From NCBI GenBank assembly GCA_964106915.2, contig OZ066918.1: a stretch of DNA of 64,000 nucleotides; one strand, written 5' to 3'. This DNA comes from Podarcis gaigeae. Lineage: Eukaryota. Each line of letters begins with the position of its first letter. The stretch's first letter is position 1. The notes beneath the pieces were generated by a model. That model was not told the DNA's origin. It made no database searches and saw nothing but the letters and a program-made list of their open reading frames with translations. The position numbers were made by a program, and so were the translations under genes. Shown here piece by piece: positions 26,237 to 38,570 of this stretch.

Positions 26237-29200
26237 ATTACTGCACAGGTAGTATGTAGTAATAACGGCAACATAATGTCTTGCCTTTGGGGGGCATTTA
26301 AACCAGTGGTGTGGAGCCGAGAACAAGGCACTCTGCTTCCATCCTTGCTCCATGAGCATCCACTCTCCTCCTCTTCCTGCTCCCCACCGTCTCCCCAGAA
26401 CATTCCTGAGCCAAGCTTTTAAAGAGACACTGTGTCCAAGGTACGTCTTGTTTGAAGCTGAGTGGACTTGACCCTTTTAATCATCATTTTCTCCTCGTTG
26501 GAACTAAGCTCCTGCTAATAGGATGGAAAAGAACATCAATTTTCTTGCTTGGCTTTATCCAAAGTCAAAGGCATTTACGGCCAGCGACGGCGTGATCGGC
26601 ATGCTAAACTCTGCTGTTGGCGCTCGGCTGCCAGCACTTTGCCTGCCCGGCTGCTTCCTCCCCCTCTCCCCCCCCTCGCCCTGCACTGTGCTGCGCAGCT
26701 CTTGTCGGTGGTGCGCACCCAGCGGAGCCCAGGAAACACCCCCGCCCTCTGCTGCCCGGACCCCCTCCTCCCCATGACAGGTGGGGATTGAATGCCCTTC
26801 ATCTCTCATGACTCACCAGTTAACCGGAACAGCCTGTAGCAGGAGGCTGCAAGAGTCCTCTTAGAATGGAGCAAAGGGGATTGTAAGAGAGACACACACA
26901 GAAAGAGAGAGAGAGAGACAGGAGGGTGTTTTTTCTGCAGCTAGGGGGAAAAAAGAGGATTATGGGGAGAAGAAGGAGCTTCCTGTTGCAGAAGGGGGGA
27001 CAGGCACGCGTCCGAAACCGCTGCAGCACATAAATCCATGCTGGATTTCGAGGGTTGGATTAAGCAAAAAAGGAACTCGGAAGTCCTTGTGTTTTGACGT
27101 TTCCTGGTCCCCAAATGGGATATACTTTTGCTCGTGTGGCCAGGAAGAATTGCACTCAGCCACGAGAATGCTTTGAGGGTCATCTGTTTCACCATGTGCT
27201 GTCCCGTCTTCCAGAGTACAGTTTATCAGCATTTTTAAATTTTCTTCATCTGGAAGATTCAAGGGCCATCCAAAAACCATTTCAACATTTCAGTGCATTG
27301 TAGGATAGCACCAAAATAGTATATTTTTATTTGCAGAATGTGGGTAGATATCTTTTCAAAGCAAGGGCAAGAGCATCAAGAGATACTTAGGACAATCCTG
27401 GTTGTGTTGTATTTCTTATCAATAAAAGAATTTGGTGTGGCGCAATGAACATTCTATTCTGAAAGTGTGGCCCAGAGAAAAGAGTGTTTGAGAACCACAG
27501 CTTTAAAGCATTGTGAGCAGTATCTGGTAAAATCACAGAAATGGGTGCTGAGCAGTGTCCCCAATGCTCAAGGGGACGAGGGCTGGAGGTCCTCATCACT
27601 CCCCACCCTCCACTCTATGAGAACACCACAAGAAATATACATCCTGCAACCTCAGGAATAAATGTGCAATGCTGCATAATTTATACGGGTTGCAGGATTC
27701 AACTCACCTTGACCGAAGAAGACACCCAGGCATTGCACACAGCTGAATGCCTTCGTGGTCCTCATGGTGAAGAAACCGGCCTCTTGGCGCAGGAGGAGCG
27801 TGCGCCAAGTTTTCACGACTGGGAGATAACTTTGTCAAAAAGCTTTGGAAACTCAGGCAGTGCTTGGGCAGTGCTTGAAATGGTCCAGCAAAGTCCCTGG
27901 GCCGCTTCACTCTCACTTTCTAGCCCGGAGAAGCCTGCTTTGGTTTCATCCTGCGATTTGCTTAATTACTAGGCAGATCTGGGAAAGAGCCAGGCTCTAC
28001 ATTGCTTCTTTATCCAAGAGTCATAGATATAACTGCTGGCCAGGCTGCCTGAGGCCGAAAGGGACTGAAGTGCAAAATAGTTGCAGGGTTTGATGTTGGG
28101 GAAGTCCAGGCTAGCCCCCAAAAGCCAAAACGCAGGAGGTCTGCTGAGAATCCTCATGTAAATAACAGAAGCTGAATTATTGTTACACCATGCGGGGCTT
28201 CCTTCAACATGGCATGATGCCGTGCCTAAATGGTTTGGCACCAGCACACCTCCAGGAGAGGGATGGACAACCTGGGGTTTTCCAGATGTTGCCAGACTCC
28301 AGTCCCCCCCACCACTGGGCCTTGCTGGCTAGGGCTGATGGGAACTGGAGTCCAACAACACCTGGAGAAGCGCAGGTCCCCCATCCCTGTCCTTGTGGAG
28401 CTCCTGCTCTGACACACACATGCGTACATCTCAAGATCTTCCTTGGTGGACCTTCTGTGCCAAAGAAGGAGGCAGGTGGTAACGTCCCAAGGCAGGGCCT
28501 TCTCAGTGGCAGCACCTGTGGCAAGAAGGCTCAGTTGGCAGCATATACTTAAAGTATGGAACTCGCTCCCACAGGAGCCCGTGATGGCCCCACCCTAGAA
28601 GGCTTTAAAGGAGAATTAGACAAATCCAGTCAGACGCAATAATTCTTCTGCGTAACAGTTGAAGAATGGGAGAGTGCTCCCTGTGAAAACAGGATGCTAG
28701 ACTAGATGGATGTTATGTTCTTATTTATCTAGACCTATTTTGCTGGTCAGGTCTACCCTAAAAATATTGCCCTGGGAATTTCCTTGCAGGCCACCTCCAG
28801 TTTACACAACTACTGGCTCTCAGAGAAGGGAATTCTAATTCACCTCGTTGGTCCTGGGATTAGACTGGAATTAAGGGCTGCGTTCTTCCAGTGTAAACTG
28901 TTGTCAAGGGATAGCAAGCAGTGCGGATGAGGTGTGTGTATGGGGATGTGTGTGTGTGTGTGTGTGTACAGAAGATGCACCCAAGTCCAACTGCATGGAA
29001 GGAGGGAAAGGGAAGAGAGATGTTCTGCTCCAGCTCCTGAACTAAGTTTCTCACACAAGTGAGGCACAGAGAGAGGGAGAGAGGAAAAGATTCCAAGCGG
29101 GCCCATCATATTCACTGAATGAGATCCAGTAAGCTTTCCCCTTTGCCAGGGCAGCCTGCAGTTATCAGAACAGGAAATGCTGTTGCTTAGAGACAGCTGC

Positions 29201-31698
29201 ATGGACTTTGGCCAACTGGCAGCTATTGCAGAGTCTCTGGGGGGCTGTTAAACTGAAGAGGGGAGAGAAGCGGGGAAGTATTGTTTCTAGGACTGCAGAT
29301 CCAGACTTTGGACCCTATTTCTGCAACACTTTGGAGCTGCAATGCATTGGGTGAAGGAGCCAAGATCCATACACCACGAGTCCGTTTAGCTCTGAGGCTG
29401 GCTACCTAACCCTTACAAGAAATGTGCACCACTACTGCTCACGAGGAGTTTCGATGGCGCCTGAATCAACAGCGCATTGTTTGCTCATCCTCTTCAGTTC
29501 CTGTTTGCGCCAGCTCAGCCTCTCCTACATTGAACACACCGGCTTGAGCATGTCCACATCTCACAGGCTTCCAGGAGAAGACATGCAGCCTCCCTTCCAT
29601 TCTGAGCAGCCATTGTGCCATGCCCCCACGGCAGCCATTTTGTGAGTGGCAGCCAGGGCACTTTCTCAAAATTACAAATATGCCCTACTCACCCCCTTCC
29701 CCAAAAGGCTGCTGCCCCCTGCCTTGCCTAGTTCTCAATTCAGATGGTAAACCTATACTTGGAATAAACCAATTCAGAACTAGCAGACTAGCATGGAAGG
29801 GCAAAGTGTGCTGTAGCCTGACTTCCTACACACCACACTGGTTTGTTGTGTGGAGGGGCATTCAATCATGTGAACCCCCACCTTCAGCCTGAAATGGTAC
29901 AGTCCAGGCACAAGTTTGCAACCTCCTTTGTGCACTAGAGTAGAAGATGCTAAACTTTTGGATCGTGCCACTTCATACTGCGGGGGGGGGGGGGCAGGTT
30001 ACCATTTTGTGTGCGCACATTTTACTGCTTCTCAACATAATAAGGCTTCCCACATGCTGCAAGTTGAGAAGGTGACACAAAACCCAAGTGTCCAAGACTG
30101 CCACTTGGGTAGCGAGCTTTTTCCACCATTCAACACAATAACATGCAGCAGGTGGGAGGCTCTTCGTCACCTGCCAGAAGCCTGGCTGCAGCAGAAGAGG
30201 GATCAGGTAGGATACAAGACCACTCCACTGGCACAGCCAAAAGACTGGCAGCCTTTGGAGCATCCTCTCCTTGAACTTTCCTTTCCATCAGAACAACTAG
30301 CAATCAAGACCTTGAACCCAAACTTGCTTATTTCCTCCTCCCTCCCAGCGCATTTTCCTTTAGTGCCGTGCCCTGTTAAGATCGAAAGCCTGAGGGTAGA
30401 GACGTTCTCATTTTTATCGATCTGGAAACTGCTCTGGAAGTTGGCTATAGTGTGGGATTGTGTTGGGTTTTTTTTAAGCACCAAACTTTAAATAAATATA
30501 TGAGGCGATAGAATTCTTGACTAGAACTTTTTCACACCTTTGACAGCTCACCTTTGTAAAGACAGCACAGAGAAAACCCTTTTACTCTGATGTGCTAGAT
30601 TTAACAAAATGAGTCAATCATCCGCCTGCCTCCTCTCTCTCTCTCCCCCCCCCCCCAACATTTTTCTCTGGAAATGGCTGAAATGAAGCGGAGATTCTGG
30701 AGTCACTTTAAACGGCTCTGTCGCTGCAGCCTGGCTTGCTAGCTCCAAGGGAAATGGGAGATCACTCCAAAGGACCCAGCCCCTCGCCAGGAGACCTTGC
30801 ACAGATGCTGCCTCTCTGCTTGACAGCAAAGGTCATCTGAGGATGCCAGCTAGAGAGAGTCTCCCGGTTCCTCAGGAGGGCTGGGGAGTTTGTGGGGCAG
30901 GAAGCCTCTCTGTGGGGAGGGGGGTGCAGGCAGGGGAGGATTGACCCCCTCGCCTGCCTCTGCCAGAGAGACACGAGGGACCTACATGGCAGGATCCCTC
31001 AAGGGCAGCAGCAAAGAGGAGAGGGACTGACCCACGGAATCACCCAGCGAAAGCACTCAAGCAGGAGATTGGCCGGGTGGGAAATCAGCCGGGGGAAAAT
31101 GAGAGGCAGAACGGGAGGCAAAACGACTCCAGCTGCTCTAGAGCTACTGTGGATGTTATCCAACATTAACCCTACTCAGAGTAGGCCCACTGAAATTAAT
31201 GGCTCAGTGGTAGAGGACTCGCCTTGACATACAGAAGGATACAAAGCCCCCACAGGTATATCTGCGAAACTGAGCTGGTTGGATCAGCAGCCTGGCTCAG
31301 CAGACAGCAGCTTCCTGCATTCCTGCCAATTCATTCCAGTGGGTCTACTCGTGAGTGGAGCTAGGCTACATACCACCCACTAGCCACCGGTGGGCATTCG
31401 TCCCAAGCAAGTGAAGACATTTCCCCCCCCCCACCCTTTTGGGGGAAACTCAGCAAAGATCTTTCACCACTTTACACCCCACATGCATGCAAAAAGAGCC
31501 CCAAAAATAGAGAGCCAGGAGGGAGAAATGCAGGAGTAGAAGACTGTAGGGAAAGACTTGAGATTGGAGGAGAGAGCGAGAATAAGCGTAGAAGCATCCA
31601 CGATTTCCAACCCTGTACTTTCCTAGCCGCCCGCCCCCCGCAAAAAAATAAAAATAAAATAAAACAAAACACACACAGCCAAATTCAATATGGTTCCT

Positions 31699-32219
31699 GC
31701 TGCTATGGACACATCAGACCAATTAATAACAGCCTGGAGGCATTGCCTGTCCCTATTGCAATGCCATGGCCTAGTCAATAGGGATGAGGGTTTCCATGGA
31801 AACAGGGAGAACCAGCTGACCATTTTTTGGGGGGGGATTTAAGGAAAAAAGAGAGATCCTTGAAGCTAATAAGAGGGAAAGACAGGCAAAATGGGGTGGG
31901 GAGCACTGGATATCAACACATTCTGTCCCCCCCCCCCACTTTCTTAGCCCAAGACGCCAGAGGCCTATTGGCAACAACAGTGCATCTTCCCCCCCAGGGG
32001 TGAAGATGCTCAGCCTGCGTGAACTGTTCCCCCACATCCCCGCGCTGCCGCTACCAACCCCCCCCCTAATGAAAGTCCCACGGAAATGCTGCAAACAGGA
32101 CACTTCCCTGGGGCTACCCCTTTAACCAGAAAAACATGAAAAAGAAGTTCTCTCCTCCCGACTCAAACCCTGCCATCTGCAAGCAGCCATTGATGACAGA
32201 GCGGCATTGCCATGGCAAC
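31699..32219. promoter_or_regulatory. Cluster of RFX X-box motifs (putative enhancer)
   Basis: GTTTCCATGGAAAC at 31790-31803 (perfect palindrome), ATTGCCATGGCAAC at 32206-32219, weaker GCTGCTATGGACAC at 31699-31712. Confidence 0.5.
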
Positions 32220-32758
32220 CGGGGAGATTCAAGCTGGGCCTTCTCTCTCTTTTTGTGGTAAAGAAAGAGGGAAGAGATTCCCCCGCCCCCCCAAATACAT
32301 TAATGTGCAAGATACTGAAAGGTTGGGAGTGGGGGGGGGGGGACGGCAGAAGAAAAACTGATGGAGAAGCATCAGAGCCCCAACAAGTGCTGTTTATTTT
32401 TATTTATTAAACTTGTATGCCGCCCTTTATCCGTAACATAAAAATTAAAAAAACACAACACAAAATAAAAACAAGAATGAAAACAAACTATAACATGCCC
32501 CCCCTTTGTTGGCGCAGGGTGCTGTTGACTCTGCTTTCTTGTTATCATTCCAAAAATAAGCTTGCTTGGGAAATAGTTCATCCCCCCCCCCCACCAATGA
32601 ATCCTATCCTCCCTCCCTCTGGCAGCAAATGCTTTTGGTGCATCTGCACAACTGTACCCCTGCCCCCAATTGCAGAATGGTAATCAAACCCCTTTTCTCC
32701 TGGGAGAAAAGCAATGAGAAACCTACACAGCATCACCTTGCCAACAAAGGTCACAGCA

Positions 32759-33250
32759 TCACAGAGACATCACCTTGCCAACAAAGGTCCATATAGTTAA
32801 AGCTATGGTTTTCCCAGTAGTGATGTATGGAAGTGAGAGCTGGACCATAAAGAAGGCTGATGGCCGAAGAATGGATGCTTTTGAATTATGGTGCTGGAGG
32901 AGACTCTTGAGAGTCCCATGGACTGCAAGAAGATCAAACCGATCCATTCTGAAGGAAATCAGCCCTGAGTGCTCACTGGAAGGACAGATCGTGAAGCTGA
33001 GGCTCCAATACTTTGGCCACCTCATGAGAAGAGAAGACTCCCTGGAAAAGACCCTGATGTTGGGAAAGATGGAGGGTACAAGGAGAAGGGGACGACAGAG
33101 GACGAGATGGTTGGACAGTGTTCTCAAAGCTATGAACATGAGTCTGACCAAACTGCGGGAGGCAGTGGAAGACAGAAGTGCCTGGTGTGCTCTGGTCCAT
33201 GGGGTCACGAAGAGTCAGGCACGACTAAATGACTAAACAACAACAACAAA
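32759..33250 (+). mobile_element. BovB (RTE clade) LINE 3' fragment
   Basis: Open ORF PTKVHIVKAMVFPVVMYGSESWTIKKADGRRMDAFELWCWRRLLRVPWTARRSN...RGRQRTRWLDS and a (CAA)n tail. Confidence 0.92.
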
Positions 33251-33395
33251 AATTGGACCCCTAGGGGAACAAGGGAGCTACAGGCTTTATCAAACCCCAT
33301 AAGCGGAGGGTTTTTTTGGGGGGGGGGGGAAGCATGCTGCCCTTATCTGACTGTCATTTACCATCTTGACTTGGCTGAGGACTGCTGTCAATTTT

Positions 33396-33636
33396 TTTAA
33401 AAAAATATTTTTTAAATTAAATTTTACATATATTTTCCAAAAATCATATAACATATTCTTATCTTATACAATGTTTTGGGCTTCCATCAGCTACTTCTGT
33501 AGATTTTTCACTATTTTTCACTTAATCTGCATTTCATTAATTTCACTATTACTTTTAATAATCCTTAACTAGTAATTCTATTCACAAATTTTCTCTGCAT
33601 TATTTTGCATAGTCTTCCTTACAAAACGTCTTGCAG
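33396..33636 (-). mobile_element. Short retro-insertion, probably an L1 3'UTR fragment, with 19-bp TSD
   Basis: TSD gaggactgctgtcaatttt at 33377-33395 and 33637-33655. AT-rich body resembles the L1 3'UTR at 10540-10790. Confidence 0.7.
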
Positions 33637-34451
33637 GAGGACTGCTGTCAATTTTAGGAGGCCATGGAAGAGGCATCGTGGTCAGGATCAGTCCTGAAAC
33701 ATAGGTAGAATGTAGGACAAGACAAGGTCCTCCACTCCAACAACCCCGTCTAAAAGGACAAGGTTTTTGGGTGATTCAATGTGTTGTATATATATGAGCC
33801 CAATCCACACTTTTTCTAGAAGTAGTCAGGGGGGGAATATGTTGGAAAATGGGAGGGGGAAGACAAGATTTCTAGGGCTGCCTAAGCTGTGTTTGCAATC
33901 TACATTTTGCATCTTGCGAACTCAATATCCCACGTTCAGATTCATTTGCGAGGATCAGTTTTTATATATATTGCTTGTTTATTATATTATGCATTTTGTG
34001 TTTTTATATTGCAAACTGCCCTGTGATCTTTGAATGAAGGGCAGTATATAAATTTAATAAATTTTTGAATGGGCTTTGGCAGCTTGCTTCCTTGCTCTGG
34101 ATTTGATATTTCAGCCTTTGCAGATCTTGGGGTTTGTGGAATGCCCCCCACTCCCACCTGGAAAGGAGCTGTGTGATAGCAGCATGACGGAAGGCCAGAC
34201 CATGGGACAGAGGTAGAGATCAGATACTTTGCAGTCATGAACATGAAGACATAAGCTAGGATAGATTTTTCCCATCAGAAATGTGTGATTCTGCAGCACT
34301 GAACAGCAAGCAAGAAAAAAAACCAATGTAGTGATGCTTGTCTAATGTCGTTAAAGTTTGGGAACAGGCCAAGATTCAAGAAGCTACACATTGAAATGGC
34401 TGAAGATGGTGCCATCCAGCCCAGGTACCGACAGGAATTCTTGCCGCTCAC

Positions 34452-34735
34452 CTCAGTTAACACTTGATCCAGAAGCATCCTAGCCTCGGAGGAGACATTC
34501 CATGGGTCTGTTTCTTCCACCATCATGGAATCCAGAGTGCCCTTCTCCAACACCACATCAAAGCTCCCATCCACAAAGGTCAAGGCTCGAGCGTCCATTA
34601 CTGCCCAGTGCAGGCCTGGGCAATGGGCATAGCGGTCTTGCACGCTTGCAATGCATATGGGTGAGTAGTCAATGCTGGTGATGTCTGTATAGCCCAGCTG
34701 GAAGAGGTTGTAGCTCAGAGCACTGTTCCCGCAGC
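34452..34735 (-). CDS. EEF1AKMT4: EEF1AKMT4 exon 2 ((G)CGNSALSYNLFQLGYTDITSIDYS...FDVVLEKGTLDS...LDQVLTE)
   Basis: Completes SAM-binding motif I (LVLGCGNS), post-I (SIDYS) and motif II (FDVVLEKGTLD). AG acceptor at 34736-34737, GTGAGC donor at 34446-34451. Confidence 0.96.
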
Positions 34736-34826
34736 CTGCAAAAGAGATGGGCTTGGACTAGTTAGGCTGAAGAATTTCATGTATCAGCCAACTGTAAACA
34801 AAGGATCACCCACAGTGAACCAACTA

Positions 34827-35052
34827 CAGTGGTACCTCAGGTTAAGTACTTAATTTGTTCTGGAGGTTTGTTCTTAACCTGAAACTGTTCTTAACCTGAA
34901 GCACCACTTTGGCTAATGGGGCCTCCTGCTGCTGCCGCGCCGCTGGAACACGATTTCTGTTCTCATCCTGAAGCAAAGTTCTTAACCCAAGGTAATATTT
35001 CTGGGTTAGCAGAGTCTGTAACCTGAAGCGTATGTAACCCGAGGTACCACTG
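34827..35052. mobile_element. Tigger/pogo-like MITE
   Basis: TIRs cagtggtacctc / gaggtaccactg with TA TSD. A second copy lies at 50734-50993. Confidence 0.85.
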
Positions 35053-38000
35053 TATCCTGGAAGACAGAGACAGTCTGCTGCGGTTGCTCTTTCCCTGCAA
35101 TGCGTGGCCTTTGGTGAGTGCTGGATGTGTTCTAGGATTATGAAGGCTTGGCCAAGGATCCATCGTCAGACCAAAGGCCCATCAAGTCACAGAATCATAG
35201 AACTGTAGGAATCCAAAGGGTCATTTAGCCCAACCTCCTGCAAGCCCAACAACCTTTTTTTAAAAAAACTTTATAGGGAATCATCCTTAGCTTTTGCCAA
35301 GACAGTCAACATGGGTCCAGACTGTGCCTCCTTAAATCGGCTGGCGTGTCTCATGTCATTGGGGCTGACGTTGGAAAGTGTTTAGAAGTTCCAGCTGGTC
35401 CAAAATGGTCTGGGCAGACTGGTGACCGGGGTTGGTTACAGGGAGAATGTTACTCTCCTGATAAAGAGAGCAGATGTCTTTAAAACTTGTGGCTAACCTT
35501 GAGCCGTGATGCTTCTCTTTCAAAAAAAAAAAAAACCCACAAAAAACAAACAAACAAACCCTGAGCCCAGCAACAAGACACTTCGTTTTTCCAACTCCAG
35601 ATACAGGCAATTCTAAGAAGACCCCACCCTGCCTGCAAACTGTTCCCCTTTGGTAGCTTACCGAACCCGGAAAGCCACAGGTGGCTGCGGAGGGCAAAAA
35701 GAGAGAAAAGCAGGACCGAGTGGGTGCTGTGGATCACAATTAGCTTAATTAGAGATGAAGCAGCACTTAATGAGCAGGTTGCAAAAGGCGTTTTAATTAC
35801 TTCCACATTGGGCTTGGCATTTGTACGCCTGGCATTTACACTTACACCCAGAGGAAGGCTTAAGGATCTCAACACTCAATCTACATAAGCCACCCTACTA
35901 GGCTCTCACCTGCACAGTCTCCAGCCCCTGGGATTTAAAATCCAGCCTCCCTGCCTCTCCCCTCAGTCTACAATATATTAAATGGACTGCAGGTAGAGTA
36001 ATCATGCATTACAGAGGCCAGGCATCCAATGAAGACTCTGGCTCCAAGACTTCCTACTAGTTACTGCACACACTCAGACATCTCTATCCTCCATCGGCTG
36101 GGGTGTGTTTGTGTGCATATTCCAGCCAGGCCAAAATGCTCAAAGGGAGCCAGAAGGAAGAGCAGTAAAATGGCAAAATTGGGAGGGCAAAATTGAAGGG
36201 AAACGACGAACATGTCCACCTTGGAGCGAGGGATTAAAAAAAATGTAATAAATATAAATAAAATAAAAATGAATCAGACATGTTTTGCATGATTTCTATG
36301 CCTATCTAAGATAGGATTTGGTTTTGTACCATTGTGCATGAGGTTCTCCATGCTACTGAAGTCTAGACAACGTGGTGCCCTCGAAGTGTCGCTGGACTCC
36401 AGCACCCATCAGCCCCACTAGCACGGACAATGGGGGATGATGGGAAGTGTAGCATGACAACATTTGAAAGGCCACCGGCTCCACATTCCAGGTCTAGATC
36501 CTCCCACAAAAGAGTTACAGAATGATCTCTGCACCCGCAGAAACCTAGGAACTGGACTTTTCCCAAGTCTATCATGGGTCTATCTAACTCAGAACTGTCT
36601 ACGAGGCTTCAGGTGGGAAGCCCTGACCAGCCTCACCTGAAGAGAACCAAACCTGGGACCTTCTGCATGCAAAGCAGATGTTCTGCTATGGAGCTATGAT
36701 CCCTCCCTTCACGCAGAATGATCTCTCCGCCCCACAATGGCACTTCCAGAAAGAATGAGAAGTGTTGTAGATTTAGGATGCTGGAGGCAGAACCCCACCC
36801 TTCCTGATACAAAGCAGGGGCTTCGCCACTGGAAACTCAACCCCAAGTGGACTGCACGATTTGCCTGCCACCTCAAACTCAGACGCATCTTCCATTTTGT
36901 CCTTCACCCCCTGTGTTTTCCAGCACGGCAAGGATCCCACGACTGTTAATCACACATCCAGCAGACGGGCCCTCTAACAGGCTCAGGCGATTAGACCCAG
37001 TTAATCCCAACCTGCTTGGAAGCTCCAGCTTCCCTCCCTATATCAGATTAAGGAGCCACCACGTTAAAAGCCACCGCAGCAGCAATCAGATCAAAGAGAT
37101 AAACCATCAGGTAGGATTAATGGAGGCTTAGAGCCCTCTCCTTCCCAGTCGGGACTTTTGCAAATGGTAAGCCAGGATTCTGTTAATTTGCTGGCTGTGA
37201 TTAGGGCGCAGGGGCACAGGGTGCCCAGCGTGGCAGAGCCTTTGGGAGAGGTTCAAAGAAGAAGCCAACGAACGAAGGCACATCAAGATCCCCCAGCAAG
37301 AGAGAAGAACAGGGAGTCTAACTTGCTAGCCAGGCTTGCATAACTAGTTGGGGCATTCCCCCACCCCACCCCAGTGAGAGAGCTGTTGCCTGAAATTTCA
37401 TCAGCTTTTAAGGTGAAGGTATCCCAGATTCAGCACAGCAGAGATGAGTCTGGCGCTGTCACTTGCCACACTGAAAACTCTTGCACAGATGCAGGCTTTT
37501 TTCTGCGTTTGGTACTCTGCGGAGATTTTATTTTAATCTAATTGGTTCTGAAATGCCATTTGACAGCACCGGCATTAAGGGAAGGGCTGCAGCTCCCTGG
37601 CAGAGCATCTGACTTACACGCGGGCGGCCGCAGGTTCAATCCCCGCCATCTCCACGTAGGGCTGGCACGCTCCCTGTCTGAAACCCTGGAGAGCAACTGT
37701 CAGTCAGCTGAGACCACACTGAGCAGGATGGAAAAGGTTCTAAATCAGCACAAGGCAGCTGCTGGTGCTTCTGAACGCGCAGAATTGCTGGGAGAAGCCA
37801 AGAGGCCACAAAGATGAAGCCTTTCCTGCAAAGCCAGCCCGCCCACCTGCCAATCCCGCCTCTCTCCCATCATCTTCCACCACTCAGATTACCGCGTGCC
37901 ATAAATAGACAGCAGATGTGCTGCCGAGAGATTAGCTCTGCAGCTGGCTCAAGTGAGCAAGCTAAGCCACGTGCTACGGAGGGAATCATTTTGAATGCAT

Positions 38001-38222
38001 GAGCAAGCAAAGGGTGACATCAGCAAGTGAGGCTCGACTGGTGACCAAAAGCAGTACAGTATTAGAAACTCAGATGCATAAGCTAGGTGCCAAATGGCCC
38101 CTTAAAGCAAGGTTACAGTCACCAAAATGGAATGTCCAGTTGCCATTTTAGGGCAAGGTGGCTCTAAAGTCTTATTTTACAAATGATGCACTGACTGTGA
38201 TTGATTTTCAGTTAAACACCTT

Positions 38223-38570
38223 GTGGGTGGCGCTGTGGGTTAAACCACAGAGCCTAGGACTTGCCGATCAGAAGGTCGGCGGTTCAAATCCCTGCGATGG
38301 GGTGAGCTCCCGTTGCTCGGTCCCTGCTCCTGCCAACCTAGCAGTTTGAAAGCACGTCTAAGTGCAAGTAGGTAAATAGGTACTGCTCCGGCGGGAAGGT
38401 AAACAGTGTTTCTGTGCCCTGCTCTAGTTCACCAGAAGCGGCTTAGTCATGCTGGCCACATGATCCAGAAGCTGTACGCCGCCTCCCTTGGTCAATAAAG
38501 CGAGATGAGCGTCGCAACCCCAGAGTCGGCCACGACAGGACCTAATTGTCAGGGGGCCCCTTTACCTTTT
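38223..38570 (+). mobile_element. Sauria SINE
   Basis: Near full-length head, body and tttacctttt tail. Confidence 0.9.
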
